Positions 28,930 to 38,792 of a stretch of DNA of 64,000 nt are shown here, piece after piece (positions within the stretch are counted from its first letter, which is position 1; every line of letters starts with the position of its first letter). The notes below the pieces were generated by a model, which was not told the DNA's origin, made no database searches, and saw only the letters and a program-made list of their open reading frames with translations. The DNA is from Shigella phage SP21535, in the sequence record PQ615101. The stretch is one strand, 5' to 3'. The translations under genes and the position numbers were made by a program.

Positions 28930-29856
28930 ATGACTCGTAAACACTATATTGATTATTTTGACAGTCTTATTACTAAACATCGTAATTATCAGATCGGGCA
29001 CAGAGCAGTAATCAATAATATTCTTCGTGATTTCCTTCAATATGTTGACCAGGAAAATCATATCTGTAAAGATACTCAAAACGCTTATTCTCATTCGTTA
29101 GGCAATTTGCTTGAATGGTTTAAACGTTCTCGTATGTTATCTTCTACTGTAGCTCGCGATAACATTAAAAACTTTATGAAGCCGAGCTTCATTAAATCTG
29201 AGACATCTATAACCGATTTGGTTGAATTTACTATTGTTAACGATGTTAAAAAGACCCATTTGGCTGATTGGTTATCTACCATTCCTGAAACTAAATTTGC
29301 TGATAAATTTGCTTGTCAATTCAATGACCAAGTGAATATGCTTTTTAAGCATGCTCGTAAACTATTTACCGCGGGCGATGACCGTACAAATACAGTTCAT
29401 GTTAAGGATTGGGTTATTGCTGATGAAGTAACACACAAGCCAGGTGGTTCATCAGTGTTAATTAATATCCAGGTTCCTTATTATTACTCACGTAATCTCG
29501 GCACCATGAACTCTAGAGAAATTAATAAGCACAACAAAACTATTCGTTCATTGTCTTATAAACTCCGCATGATGTTAAAAATCATGGACGTAGTAGAAAT
29601 GTATGATGAAACCGAAGATAATGGTTCAATGTTATACAGTTCACGCATTCTAATTAAACTGAAGAACCCTAATACGTATAAGCCAGTTGTAAAAGAACCT
29701 AAAGTAGAAAAGATTGATAACCTGAGTGAAGAACGCGAATATCTTAATACACGCTTAATTGAAGTTGAAGCCCAAATTGCAGAACACACCAAATTGTTAA
29801 AAGCTCTTAATGCAAAAGCAAATGGTTTACGTAATGCTATTGAGGTATTGAAATGA
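28930..29856 (+). CDS. hypothetical protein with C-terminal coiled coil
   Basis: Track ORF 28879..29856; ATG 28930 behind GAGGAG. Confidence 0.55.
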   Translation: MTRKHYIDYFDSLITKHRNYQIGHRAVINNILRDFLQYVDQENHICKDTQNAYSHSLGNLLEWFKRSRMLSSTVARDNIKNFMKPSFIKSETSITDLVEFTIVNDVKKTHLADWLSTIPETKFADKFACQFNDQVNMLFKHARKLFTAGDDRTNTVHVKDWVIADEVTHKPGGSSVLINIQVPYYYSRNLGTMNSREINKHNKTIRSLSYKLRMMLKIMDVVEMYDETEDNGSMLYSSRILIKLKNPNTYKPVVKEPKVEKIDNLSEEREYLNTRLIEVEAQIAEHTKLLKALNAKANGLRNAIEVLK

Positions 29857-30170
29857 AAAAGCGCTTATTAGAAGATATTGCAGCTTCAAGTAATTCCAGT
29901 CTAATTAAAATTATTATGGCTGGTGAAGAAGACGATTTAGAAATGCGTGGAAAGATTCATGGCTGTGACGATCTAGACTTTAAACCTCCTGCTTGGGATG
30001 CCATTACGGTTATGGTTGAACGCCGCGAAAGGGCTTCTAAGAATGTTCCGAACTGCCCAAAATGTGGTACTGAACAGGTCCAATTGATTAACTGGCGTAA
30101 ACCAGAGCTTGAATATAAATGTCGTCATTGTAAACATCGATTTGACCGAGAAGAAAATGACAAAGCGTAA
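29853..30170 (+). CDS. zinc-ribbon protein
   Basis: 105 aa with CPKCG..CRHCKH cysteine pairs. Confidence 0.55.
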
Positions 30171-30330
30171 AGAATATATGGAGACTGCTGAAAAGGCAGT
30201 CCGTGAATTAGCAATAGCTTATTATAATGAACATGGTAAATTTCCTGATAGATACAGCGTGCTTAAATCAGCTTTAACTCGTTCATATAAAAATATGCTA
30301 TCAGAAGTAAGTGATATTATACAAACATAA
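30157..30330 (+). CDS. small hypothetical protein
   Basis: Track ORF 30109..30330; internal ATG 30157 ([10 protein letters not shown]..). Confidence 0.4.
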
Positions 30331-30398
30331 AGAACAAACGGGCCAAAGTCTTGATTACGACGAGACTTTTAAACAAGTATTAGGAATTAAGGAATAAT

Positions 30399-30662
30399 AT
30401 GTTTAAAGTATATGGTTATGATAGCAACATTCATAAATGCGTGTATTGTGATAATGCAAAACGTCTCTTGACTGTGAAGAAACAGCCGTTTGAATTTATC
30501 AACATTATGCCGGAAAAAGGTGTTTTTGATGATGAGAAAATTGCTGAGCTTCTGACTAAACTAGGTCGTGATACTCAAATCGGATTGACGATGCCTCAGG
30601 TATTTGCTCCTGATGGAAGTCATATTGGTGGATTTGACCAATTGCGGGAATACTTTAAATGA
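30399..30662 (+). CDS. nrdC: thioredoxin/glutaredoxin NrdC
   Basis: 87 aa (T4 NrdC is 87 aa); CVYC redox motif. Confidence 0.85.
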   Translation: MFKVYGYDSNIHKCVYCDNAKRLLTVKKQPFEFINIMPEKGVFDDEKIAELLTKLGRDTQIGLTMPQVFAPDGSHIGGFDQLREYFK

Positions 30663-30874
30663 TGCTTGAAGGAACTGATTATATCCATGACTACCGCGGA
30701 AGCGCGGTATATGTAGGTGATGAGGTTGCAGTTTATTATGGGTATGGAACTTTGATGACAGCAAAGGTTATTCAAATTAAAAATAATCGTGCTAAACTTG
30801 AAGTTTATTATTCTAACGGTGAAAAGTCTATTTCTAAATGGAAATACGGCGATTGTATGGTCAAACTGGGGTAA
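30659..30874 (+). CDS. hypothetical protein
   Basis: 71 aa ORF coupled to nrdC. Confidence 0.5.
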   Translation: MMLEGTDYIHDYRGSAVYVGDEVAVYYGYGTLMTAKVIQIKNNRAKLEVYYSNGEKSISKWKYGDCMVKLG

Positions 30875-30876
30875 AT

Positions 30877-31047
30877 ATGATTTACGATATTAGTGTATCA
30901 AGAACTCCGTCAATGGTTACTATTCCAGCTGAAGAATTAGATCGTCTTCAGAAAATTGAAGAACTTCTTTGGGAAATTGAATATGATTTGCCATCAGGAC
31001 TAGAATCCTGGATTGATTATGAAGAACTTAATAAGCTTCGGGGTTAA
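30877..31047 (+). CDS. small hypothetical protein
   Basis: Track ORF 30838..31047; ATG 30877. Confidence 0.45.
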   Translation: MIYDISVSRTPSMVTIPAEELDRLQKIEELLWEIEYDLPSGLESWIDYEELNKLRG

Positions 31048-31169
31048 ACCTTGGTGGGCGGCTAGATGGGAAACTGTAGAGCCAGAGCCGGAAGAACCGG
31101 TTTACACTGATGAAGAAACAGTATATAATGAACCTACGATAAATGACTTAATTGATACGGAGATGGGAC

Positions 31170-31616
31170 ATGATTACAGTAGATAAGTGGTTTAGAATTA
31201 ATCGTGCTGATACCGGGCTGTGTAATTATTGGCCGGAACTTAGTGCAGGTACTGTCTTTAAAGTTCGTGAACTCGCAAAAGAATGCGAAGATGATATAGA
31301 ACCTGATACTGGAATTATTGAAATTGAACTTTCTGATGGAAAGATTATTAACATCTACGATAAGCCAATTACGTATTGGTGCTTATGGAATACTGAATCA
31401 GTAGAAAATGGCGAAATTGAAGAAGTTGTAGAACGAGCTGATCAAGCTCTTCATAAACCTAAAGCCGCTTTTCAAGGTGAACGCATTTCATACGCATTAG
31501 CTAAATTAGCTGCACAAGAAAATAACGATGGTTATGAAGGAAATTTGATGCAAGCTGCGGCAGAATATATTGAATGGCTTGAAACTCAAATTTCTTTTTC
31601 TGACCGAGCGTTTTAA
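31170..31616 (+). CDS. hypothetical protein (possibly Pin-like)
   Basis: Track ORF 31152..31616 (TTG); ATG 31170; sits where T4 carries pin, next to gene 49. Confidence 0.45.
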   Translation: MITVDKWFRINRADTGLCNYWPELSAGTVFKVRELAKECEDDIEPDTGIIEIELSDGKIINIYDKPITYWCLWNTESVENGEIEEVVERADQALHKPKAAFQGERISYALAKLAAQENNDGYEGNLMQAAAEYIEWLETQISFSDRAF

Positions 31617-31665
31617 TACTTGAAAATAATAAATACCCTTATCTATTTAAGGTAAGGGTTTTATT

Positions 31666-32139
31666 ATGTTATTGACTGGCAAATTATACAAAGAAGAAAA
31701 ACAGAAATTTTATGATGCACAAAACGGTAAATGCTTAATTTGCCAACGAGAACTAAATCCTGATGTTCAAGCTAATCACCTTGACCATGACCATGAATTA
31801 AATGGACCAAAAGCAGGAAAGGTACGTGGATTGCTCTGTAATCTCTGTAATGCAGCAGAAGGTCAAATGAAGCATAAATTCAATCGTTCTGGCTTAAAGG
31901 GACAAGGTGTTGATTATCTTGAATGGTTAGAAAATTTACTTACTTATTTAAAATCCGATTACACCCAAAATAATATTCACCCTAACTTTGTTGGAGATAA
32001 ATCAAAGGAATTTTCTCGTTTAGGAAAAGAGGAAATGATGGCTGAGATGCTTCAAAGAGGATTTGAATATAATGAATCTGACACTAAAACACAATTAATA
32101 GCTTCATTTAAGAAGCAGCTTAGAAAGAGTTTAAAATGA
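31666..32139 (+). CDS. 49: endonuclease VII (Holliday junction resolvase)
   Basis: 157 aa; matches T4 EndoVII as I recall it, including zinc-binding CLICQ..CNLC. Confidence 0.9.
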   Translation: MLLTGKLYKEEKQKFYDAQNGKCLICQRELNPDVQANHLDHDHELNGPKAGKVRGLLCNLCNAAEGQMKHKFNRSGLKGQGVDYLEWLENLLTYLKSDYTQNNIHPNFVGDKSKEFSRLGKEEMMAEMLQRGFEYNESDTKTQLIASFKKQLRKSLK

Positions 32140-32673
32140 CGATTGAAAAAGAAATTGAAGGATTAATTCATAAAACTAATAAAGACCTTTTAAACGAGAA
32201 TGCTAATAAAGATTCTCGTGTTTTTCCAACTCAACGGGACCTTATGGCTGGTATTGTGTCTAAACATATTGCCAAAAATATGGTCCCGTCTTTTATTATG
32301 AAAGCGCATGAAAGCGGAATTATTCACGTGCACGATATTGATTATTCCCCTGCTCTTCCATTTACTAATTGCTGTTTAGTAGATTTAAAAGGAATGCTTG
32401 AGAATGGATTTAAGCTCGGTAATGCACAGATTGAAACTCCTAAATCAATCGGTGTTGCTACTGCAATTATGGCACAAATTACTGCGCAGGTTGCTTCTCA
32501 TCAATATGGCGGAACGACTTTTGCGAATGTAGATAAAGTACTTTCTCCTTATGTTAAACGCACCTACGCAAAACATATTGAGGATGCGGAAAAATGGCAA
32601 ATCGCTGATGCATTGAATTATGCTCAATCTAAAACAGAAAAAGACGTATACGATGCATTCCAGGCGTATGAGT
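32136..32673 (+). CDS. nrdD: anaerobic ribonucleotide reductase NrdD, exon 1
   Basis: ORF 32136..32681; 5-prime splice site placed after U32673 by a 6-bp P1 pairing of exon AUGAGU with GCUCAU in the intron. Confidence 0.75.
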
Positions 32674-33706
32674 TAATTTAATTCAGGCTCATGTAAAACC
32701 GGTCTAAACGGGGAACCTCTCTAGTAGACAATCCCGTGCTAAATGTTCTTTTGAACTAAATGCCTAACGACTAACCGTGATGAATGTAGCGGTGTAGAAT
32801 AGAAGCTAATGCTATTCGAAACGGCCGGCATCGAAAGATGAAGATATAGTCTAATCTGCATGGCGACATGCAGCAGTCATCTTGTATAAATAAGATTATC
32901 TTATGAATACGAGGTGAAACAATGAAATGGATAAAAAGACGTTGTACTAAAATAAAAGATAAAGACGCATTTACATACTTAGTTAAGTTTTCTAATGGCG
33001 ACATTTATATCGGTTATAAAAAATTTAGAACAATTAAAAACAAGCCCACAAACTGGAAAACTTACACAACGTCATCTAAGTATATAAATGAACGCTTAAA
33101 AACTGATACACCTACTAAATGGATAATTTTAAAAACATTTGATAGTTATAAAGATGCATTAAAACATGAAGAAGAGGTCATACGTAAATATTTTTATAGC
33201 AAAAAATGTTTAAATAAATCCATAGGCGGTAAAAAGTTTTATAAGCATCCGGATACTGAAGAACATATTCAAAAATTAAGAGATGCTCATAAGGGTAAAG
33301 TGTTATCCGAATCTCATAAAAACAATATAAAATCTTCTGTAGCTGAATATTATGCTAAAAACGGAAGATCTAAGGAACATGTGCAAAATAATATCAATAG
33401 TCGAAAAAGTAAAAAACAAGTATCGATAAAGCTTAAAAATAAAACTTTTAGAAGTTTTAAAAAAGCAGCGGAATATTTAAATTGCACTGAAAGTGAAGTC
33501 GAAACTCATCCTCTTGTTTTGAGTATTAAGACTACTATTCATAAAGTTCCTGAATATGTGGTTGTTGACGGTATTAAGTATACGTCTTATATAGAAGCAG
33601 CTAAAGCGCTAAATTTTCATCCTAGCACTATAAAAGAACGTTGCATATCTATGGACTATCCAAATTTTGTTGTTTCATATAAACGGGCATGAATTTGCGA
33701 CTCATG
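32674..33706 (+). mobile_element. group I intron in nrdD (T4 nrdD/sunY-type) carrying I-TevII
   Basis: Starts UAAUU like the T4 td intron; core CUAAACGGGGAACCUCUCUAGUAGACAAUCCCGUGCUAAAU; inferred length 1033 nt equals the T4 nrdD intron. Confidence 0.75.
32922..33692 (+). CDS. I-TevII: intron-encoded GIY-YIG homing endonuclease I-TevII
   Basis: 256 aa ORF inside the intron; FTYLVKFSNGDIYIGYKK motif. Confidence 0.8.
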   Translation: MKWIKRRCTKIKDKDAFTYLVKFSNGDIYIGYKKFRTIKNKPTNWKTYTTSSKYINERLKTDTPTKWIILKTFDSYKDALKHEEEVIRKYFYSKKCLNKSIGGKKFYKHPDTEEHIQKLRDAHKGKVLSESHKNNIKSSVAEYYAKNGRSKEHVQNNINSRKSKKQVSIKLKNKTFRSFKKAAEYLNCTESEVETHPLVLSIKTTIHKVPEYVVVDGIKYTSYIEAAKALNFHPSTIKERCISMDYPNFVVSYKRA

Positions 33707-34998
33707 CTGAATATAATGATGAAGTAAATACACTTTTCAGCTCTAATGGACAAACGCCTTTTGTAACAATTACATTTGGTACGGGAACTGACTGGACTGA
33801 ACGAATGATTCAGAAAGCAATTCTGAAAAATCGTATTAAAGGTCTTGGTCGTGATGGGATAACTCCTATTTTCCCTAAGCTTGTTATGTTCGTTGAAGAA
33901 GGTGTTAATCTTTATAAAGACGATCCGAACTATGATATTAAGCAGCTTGCTCTAGAGTGCGCAAGCAAAAGAATGTATCCTGATATTATTTCAGCTAAGA
34001 ACAATAAAGCTATCACTGGTTCATCTGTTCCTGTTTCTCCGATGGGATGCCGTAGTTTCTTGAGCGTATGGAAAGATTCGACTGGCAATGAAATTCTTGA
34101 TGGACGTAATAATCTTGGTGTTGTAACATTGAATCTTCCTCGCATCGCGTTAGATTCTTATATTGGAACACAGTTCAATGAACAGAAATTTGTTGAATTG
34201 TTCAATGAGCGAATGGATTTATGTTTTGAAGCTTTGATGTGTAGAATTAGTTCCTTAAAAGGAGTTAAAGCGACTGTTGCTCCTATTCTTTACCAAGAAG
34301 GTGCATTCGGGGTTCGTCTTAAACCTGATGACGATATAATTGAGTTATTTAAAAACGGCAGAAGTTCAGTGTCTTTGGGATACATTGGTATTCACGAATT
34401 AAATATTCTTGTCGGTCGTGATATTGGACAAGAAATTTTAACTAAAATGAATGCTCATCTTAAACAGTGGACTGAAAGAACCGGATTTGCTTTTAGTTTA
34501 TATTCGACTCCTGCTGAAAACCTTTGTTACCGCTTCTGTAAACTTGATACAGAAAAATATGGAAGTGTAAAAGATGTTACCGATAAAGGCTGGTACACTA
34601 ATAGTTTCCATGTTTCAGTAGAAGAAAATATTACTCCGTTTGAAAAGATTTCTCGTGAAGCGCCATATCATTTCATTGCGACAGGTGGTCACATTTCTTA
34701 TGTTGAACTTCCTGATATGAAAAATAACTTAAAAGGCCTTGAGGCCGTGTGGGATTATGCTGCACAACATTTAGATTATTTTGGTGTTAATATGCCAGTA
34801 GATAAATGTTTTACATGCGGAAGCACCCATGAAATGACTCCTACTGAAAACGGATTTGTTTGTTCTATTTGTGGAGAAACTGATCCTAAAAAGATGAATA
34901 CAATAAGAAGAACATGCGGATATCTTGGAACTCCTAGCGTTGTTCCATGGAATTTAGGTAAAATGAAAGAAATGGTAAAACGAGTAAAACATGCATAG
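33707..34998 (+). CDS. nrdD: anaerobic ribonucleotide reductase NrdD, exon 2
   Basis: 3-prime splice after G33706, exon 2 begins CUGAA (P10 pairing); C-terminal glycyl radical motif RRTCGYLG; combined product about 609 aa. Confidence 0.75.
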
Positions 34999-35821
34999 GT
35001 ATTATATAATTTATAAAATAACAAATATAATTAATTCAAAGGAATATATCGGTGCGCATAGCACCGATAACATAAATGACGGTTATATGGGGTCAGGAAC
35101 ATTGATTCGTGCCGCTTTATTAAAATATGGTAGAAAAAATTTTAATAAAGAAATTTTACATGTTTTTGATAATGAAAAACAAATGTATGATAAAGAAGCT
35201 GAACTTGTAACCGAAGAGTATTGTCTAAAAGAAAATACATATAATATTAAACCTGGTGGAAAAGGTGGAACTGCCTATGAACAGACACTTGAACATCGCC
35301 GCAAAAATAGTTTAGCAAATAAAGGTAAAAAGAGAACAGAAGAAACTAAAATAGCTATTTCACGTGCTTTAAAGAAATATAAACGTACGCCAGAGCATCA
35401 AGCAAATTTAAATAAAGCCGTAAGCATAGCTATGAAGCGAAAAGATGTTAGAAGTAAATTAGCTGGAGAGCGGTCTGAGAAAGATAAATTATCTATATCA
35501 AACGGTGTTAAAAAATATTACAATTCTTTGAGTGAAGAAGAACGCGAACTTCATCGCAAGCGAATTATTGAAGGTAAAAAGAATTCTCCCATGTCATTGG
35601 AATCTAGACAAAAGCTTTCAAAAGCTTTAAAAGGACTTCAAGTTGGTTCAAAAAATCCAATGTATGGAAAAATTTCTCCAACTAGCAAAACCGTTTCAGT
35701 TGACGGTATTAAATATGATTCAATTAAAAAGTGCTCAAATGCCATAAAAGTTTCTAGACATCTTATACTAAAACGCTGTAATTCTACTGATGAAGCTTGG
35801 AAAAATTGGATATTATTATGA
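34991..35821 (+). CDS. free-standing GIY-YIG homing endonuclease, SegB paralogue
   Basis: 276 aa; N-terminus YKITNIINSKEYIGAHSTDNINDGYMGSG closely parallels segB; NUMOD-like repeats; sits between nrdD and nrdG. Confidence 0.75.
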   Translation: MHRYYIIYKITNIINSKEYIGAHSTDNINDGYMGSGTLIRAALLKYGRKNFNKEILHVFDNEKQMYDKEAELVTEEYCLKENTYNIKPGGKGGTAYEQTLEHRRKNSLANKGKKRTEETKIAISRALKKYKRTPEHQANLNKAVSIAMKRKDVRSKLAGERSEKDKLSISNGVKKYYNSLSEEERELHRKRIIEGKKNSPMSLESRQKLSKALKGLQVGSKNPMYGKISPTSKTVSVDGIKYDSIKKCSNAIKVSRHLILKRCNSTDEAWKNWILL

Positions 35822-36288
35822 ATTATGACAGAATATATCCGTGCTGCTTTGTTAATGGTCCTGGATGCAGGACAGTTCTTTTCGTTACAGGTTGTTTGCA
35901 TAAATGCGAAGGGTGTTATAATAAATCAACATGGAATGCTAGAAATGGCGTTCCATTTACTGGTGAAACACTAGAACAATTAATTGAATGTTTGAATAAT
36001 GATTATATAGAAGGATTAACTATAACTGGAGGTGACCCTCTTTATCCTGATAACCGAGATGATGTTCATTGCATTGTTCAAACTGTAAAAAATCTTTATC
36101 CAAATAAAAGCATTTGGTTGTGGACAGGGTACAAGTTTGAAGATATTAAACAACTAGAAATGCTTAAATATGTTGATGTTATTATTGATGGGAAGTATGA
36201 GAAAAATCTTCCAACCAAAAAGCTGTGGCGAGGTTCAGATAATCAGCGACTTTGGTCAAATACCGATGGGGTGTGGAAACATGATTAA
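35818..36288 (+). CDS. nrdG: anaerobic RNR activating enzyme NrdG
   Basis: Radical-SAM cysteine cluster CRTVLFVTGCLHKCEGC; ATG 35818 overlaps upstream stop (ATGA); 156 aa. Confidence 0.85.
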   Translation: MNYDRIYPCCFVNGPGCRTVLFVTGCLHKCEGCYNKSTWNARNGVPFTGETLEQLIECLNNDYIEGLTITGGDPLYPDNRDDVHCIVQTVKNLYPNKSIWLWTGYKFEDIKQLEMLKYVDVIIDGKYEKNLPTKKLWRGSDNQRLWSNTDGVWKHD

Positions 36289-36402
36289 ACTGAATTATAT
36301 TATTGATACTATAAATGATATGATTTTTCATTTTGGTCCAGAATTTTATTCGCAGTATAGTTTAGTACTTATCAATGCTTGGTTAATCAATTAAGGGTAA
36401 AT

Positions 36403-36618
36403 ATGTATAAATTTCGTAAAGGTTTAGCTGATTTTCTTACAACTGTAACGTTCTTTTTGTTTATGGCAGTTGGTGCTATTTTTCTTATTCCTTTTATTGC
36501 TATATTTTTCGTAATTAGCTTAATTTCTCCAGAAAAAGGCTTATCTTCTAGCGAGTTCAATGAGCGTCTGGATAAAATTACTAACAAGCTTAATGCAGTT
36601 CTTGATAAAAAGGCTTAA
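36403..36618 (+). CDS. small membrane protein
   Basis: Track ORF 36379..36618; ATG 36403; hydrophobic core. Confidence 0.5.
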   Translation: MYKFRKGLADFLTTVTFFLFMAVGAIFLIPFIAIFFVISLISPEKGLSSSEFNERLDKITNKLNAVLDKKA

Positions 36619-36620
36619 TT

Positions 36621-36932
36621 ATGATTAGTTTTGAGCAGTATGTGGTAGAGAGTTGGAAGGGGTTTGATATGTTTGGTAATGACTATTATTTCTATGAATG
36701 TAGTCTAAATCCTAGTTTTTGGGCTGGACGTGAACGAGATCTCGAAGAAATTAATGCTCGTGCTGAATTGTTAGGTGAACTGCCTACGGTTTATTTTACC
36801 TTTGATGCATCTGGATTTGTTATCCAGGTTTATTTTCCTGAAGAAAATTCTGGCGATGATTCTGTTAACCCGCCATACTGGGCTTATCAAGGAATTATTT
36901 CTCGTGGAACAAAACTCGAACTTAAAGAATAA
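36621..36932 (+). CDS. hypothetical protein
   Basis: 103 aa ORF. Confidence 0.5.
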   Translation: MISFEQYVVESWKGFDMFGNDYYFYECSLNPSFWAGRERDLEEINARAELLGELPTVYFTFDASGFVIQVYFPEENSGDDSVNPPYWAYQGIISRGTKLELKE

Positions 36933-37227
36933 GATTGAAGTCTATGGAATTCCAGATGAAGTAGGTCGTTGTCCTGGATGTCAATCAGTTACAAAACTTC
37001 TAAAGGAGCTCAATGCTCCTTTTACTTTCTATAAAGTTCTTACAAATAATGGTAAGATTGAGTATGATCGTCCACTGATTGTATCTCTTGCTAAACGAGC
37101 TGGATTCACATCTCTTAACATTCGTTATCCAGTCATTTTCATTAATGATTCTAGACAAAAGAACATTAAACACTTCAAAGAAACTCTCATTTCACTTGGA
37201 TATGATAGAGATATCATAGAAGACTAA
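36856..37227 (+). CDS. glutaredoxin-like protein (NrdH-like); start uncertain
   Basis: Redox motif GRCPGC; first ATG 36856 lies inside upstream ORF, GTG 36904 is an alternative start. Confidence 0.55.
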   Translation: MILLTRHTGLIKELFLVEQNSNLKNKIEVYGIPDEVGRCPGCQSVTKLLKELNAPFTFYKVLTNNGKIEYDRPLIVSLAKRAGFTSLNIRYPVIFINDSRQKNIKHFKETLISLGYDRDIIED

Positions 37228-37230
37228 GAC

Positions 37231-37250
37231 GGGCCCTCTGGGCCTTTCTT
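37231..37250 (+). terminator. hairpin terminator
   Basis: GGCCC-TCT-GGGCC followed by TTTCTTTCTC. Confidence 0.5.
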
Positions 37251-37323
37251 TCTCACATTCTGTATATTACCATTCTAACTATCATTCACTTCTTATCATT
37301 CCCTAAAATAATTTCACAAAGTT

Positions 37324-37353
37324 GTTTACAACAAGTTCAAACTGTGGTATTAT
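37324..37353 (+). promoter_or_regulatory. early promoter
   Basis: ATTTCACAAAGTTGTTTACA element then TGGTATTAT. Confidence 0.6.
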
Positions 37354-37383
37354 TAACATATGAATTGCCTTTGAGGATTTGAT

Positions 37384-37566
37384 ATGGTTGTGGTTGATAA
37401 AGAAATTAAAAAGGGACAATATTATTTTATTAATGGTAATGTTGTTCGTGTTACTTACGTAAACGGTTTTGAAGTTTATTATCTTATACTCAAGTTACAT
37501 AAACAGATGATTTGTGATCGTGCTGTATTTAGTTCAGTTGCTAAGGAAATTAAACTCCATGGGTAA
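37384..37566 (+). CDS. small hypothetical protein
   Basis: 60 aa ORF behind GAGGA SD. Confidence 0.5.
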   Translation: MVVVDKEIKKGQYYFINGNVVRVTYVNGFEVYYLILKLHKQMICDRAVFSSVAKEIKLHG

Positions 37567-37852
37567 AACATATCGTCGTAAAGATTTAAAAGTACGTGAT
37601 TATGACTATTTTGGAAAGCGCAAAGCTCCTGATGGTGTAAGTCATAAAGATATGGTTGAAAACATTTTTCGCTCAGATAAATGGCGTAGAATGAAAGGCA
37701 TTGATTCAGAAGTTAAAGATGAGCTAAATCGTCAATTACGTAGTGAAGTAAGAAAGTTGAAAAAATCAGTTTACATTGACGATGATTTTGATTATAATAC
37801 TTCTCAACGAGTTGCTAAACGTAAATCAAACGAGTGTTATCGTTACAGCTGA
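37559..37852 (+). CDS. basic hypothetical protein
   Basis: Track ORF 37514..37852; ATG 37559 (MGKTYRRKDLK..). Confidence 0.5.
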   Translation: MGKTYRRKDLKVRDYDYFGKRKAPDGVSHKDMVENIFRSDKWRRMKGIDSEVKDELNRQLRSEVRKLKKSVYIDDDFDYNTSQRVAKRKSNECYRYS

Positions 37853-37994
37853 GGAAAATATGAATATCAAACGAATGCTTTTTAAACAAGGATTATACAC
37901 TTTAAATGTTACTCCAAAAGGTGATACAACTAAGTGGTCAGTAAATGACTGGATTAAATTCATTGATGAAAACGGTAACTGGTGGAAAATTTAA

Positions 37995-38195
37995 ATGAAT
38001 CCTGAATCTAAATTATCACAACGAATTGCTGAAGAACGTGCCAAATTTTTCCAGAACATGAAACACAATGGTATTGAAGATGAAGTTTTTCTAAATTGGT
38101 TCTGGAATAATAAGTATGCAGCATGTGAAGGAGCTCTGTCATTGTCAGTTGCAATGATGTACGAAGGCTGGAAGGGTGCCAAAAAGTTTAGCTAA
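37995..38195 (+). CDS. hypothetical protein
   Basis: 66 aa ORF. Confidence 0.5.
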   Translation: MNPESKLSQRIAEERAKFFQNMKHNGIEDEVFLNWFWNNKYAACEGALSLSVAMMYEGWKGAKKFS

Positions 38196-38213
38196 GGGCT
38201 TCGGCCCTTTTTG
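38194..38213 (+). terminator. rho-independent terminator
   Basis: AAGGGC-TTCG-GCCCTT followed by TTTGG. Confidence 0.75.
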
Positions 38214-38247
38214 GATAATAAAATTTTAACGTAATTGAGGATAATGT

Positions 38248-38574
38248 ATGACTATTCAAATTAAAAACGTCATTAATTCTTACGCATATGATAAAGTAGT
38301 TTCTTTGCTAGAAAAAGGCGATATTGTAACTCCTCAAATTTTGGATAAATGGGAAAAAGAGCTTCATCAAATGATGAAACAGAATGATCAGAAGATTGGA
38401 CGCAATACTGTCCGTGAATTGTTGGTTCAATATATCTTGTCAGAATTTGATGTTAAAGCTTTTGGTGTAGAATCTAAAGCTTATCAAAAGCATGAAATTT
38501 CCGATAAAACTATTCGTCGCATGAAAAATCAACGCAAGAAAAAATTTGCAGACCGGAAAATTGCTAAGGTATAA
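38248..38574 (+). CDS. hypothetical protein
   Basis: 108 aa ORF behind GAGGA SD. Confidence 0.55.
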   Translation: MTIQIKNVINSYAYDKVVSLLEKGDIVTPQILDKWEKELHQMMKQNDQKIGRNTVRELLVQYILSEFDVKAFGVESKAYQKHEISDKTIRRMKNQRKKKFADRKIAKV

Positions 38575-38576
38575 TT

Positions 38577-38792
38577 ATGAACGAAGCTCTTATTAACGAT
38601 TTGCGTCTTGCTGGATATGAAGTAAATACAAACGGTATTGGTTTAACTCAAATTGAAGGAAATGGATTCATCCTTGAGTATGAATTTAGCCAATGGTGGT
38701 TATACGCTAATTACGGCGAATTGATTGAATACGTTGACCAATTTGATTCACTAGATGCAGCTCTTGAAGCGGCTAAGTTGATGAATGCATGA
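38577..38792 (+). CDS. hypothetical protein
   Basis: 71 aa ORF. Confidence 0.5.
   Translation: MNEALINDLRLAGYEVNTNGIGLTQIEGNGFILEYEFSQWWLYANYGELIEYVDQFDSLDAALEAAKLMNA

Noticed and set aside
33667-33706. First 13 codons of track ORF 33667..34998 (MLFHINGHEFATH) as part of NrdD
   Set aside because: The ORF starts at TTG inside the group I intron; P1/P10 pairing and the 1033-nt intron length place the 3-prime splice site at 33706, so these codons are intron sequence.
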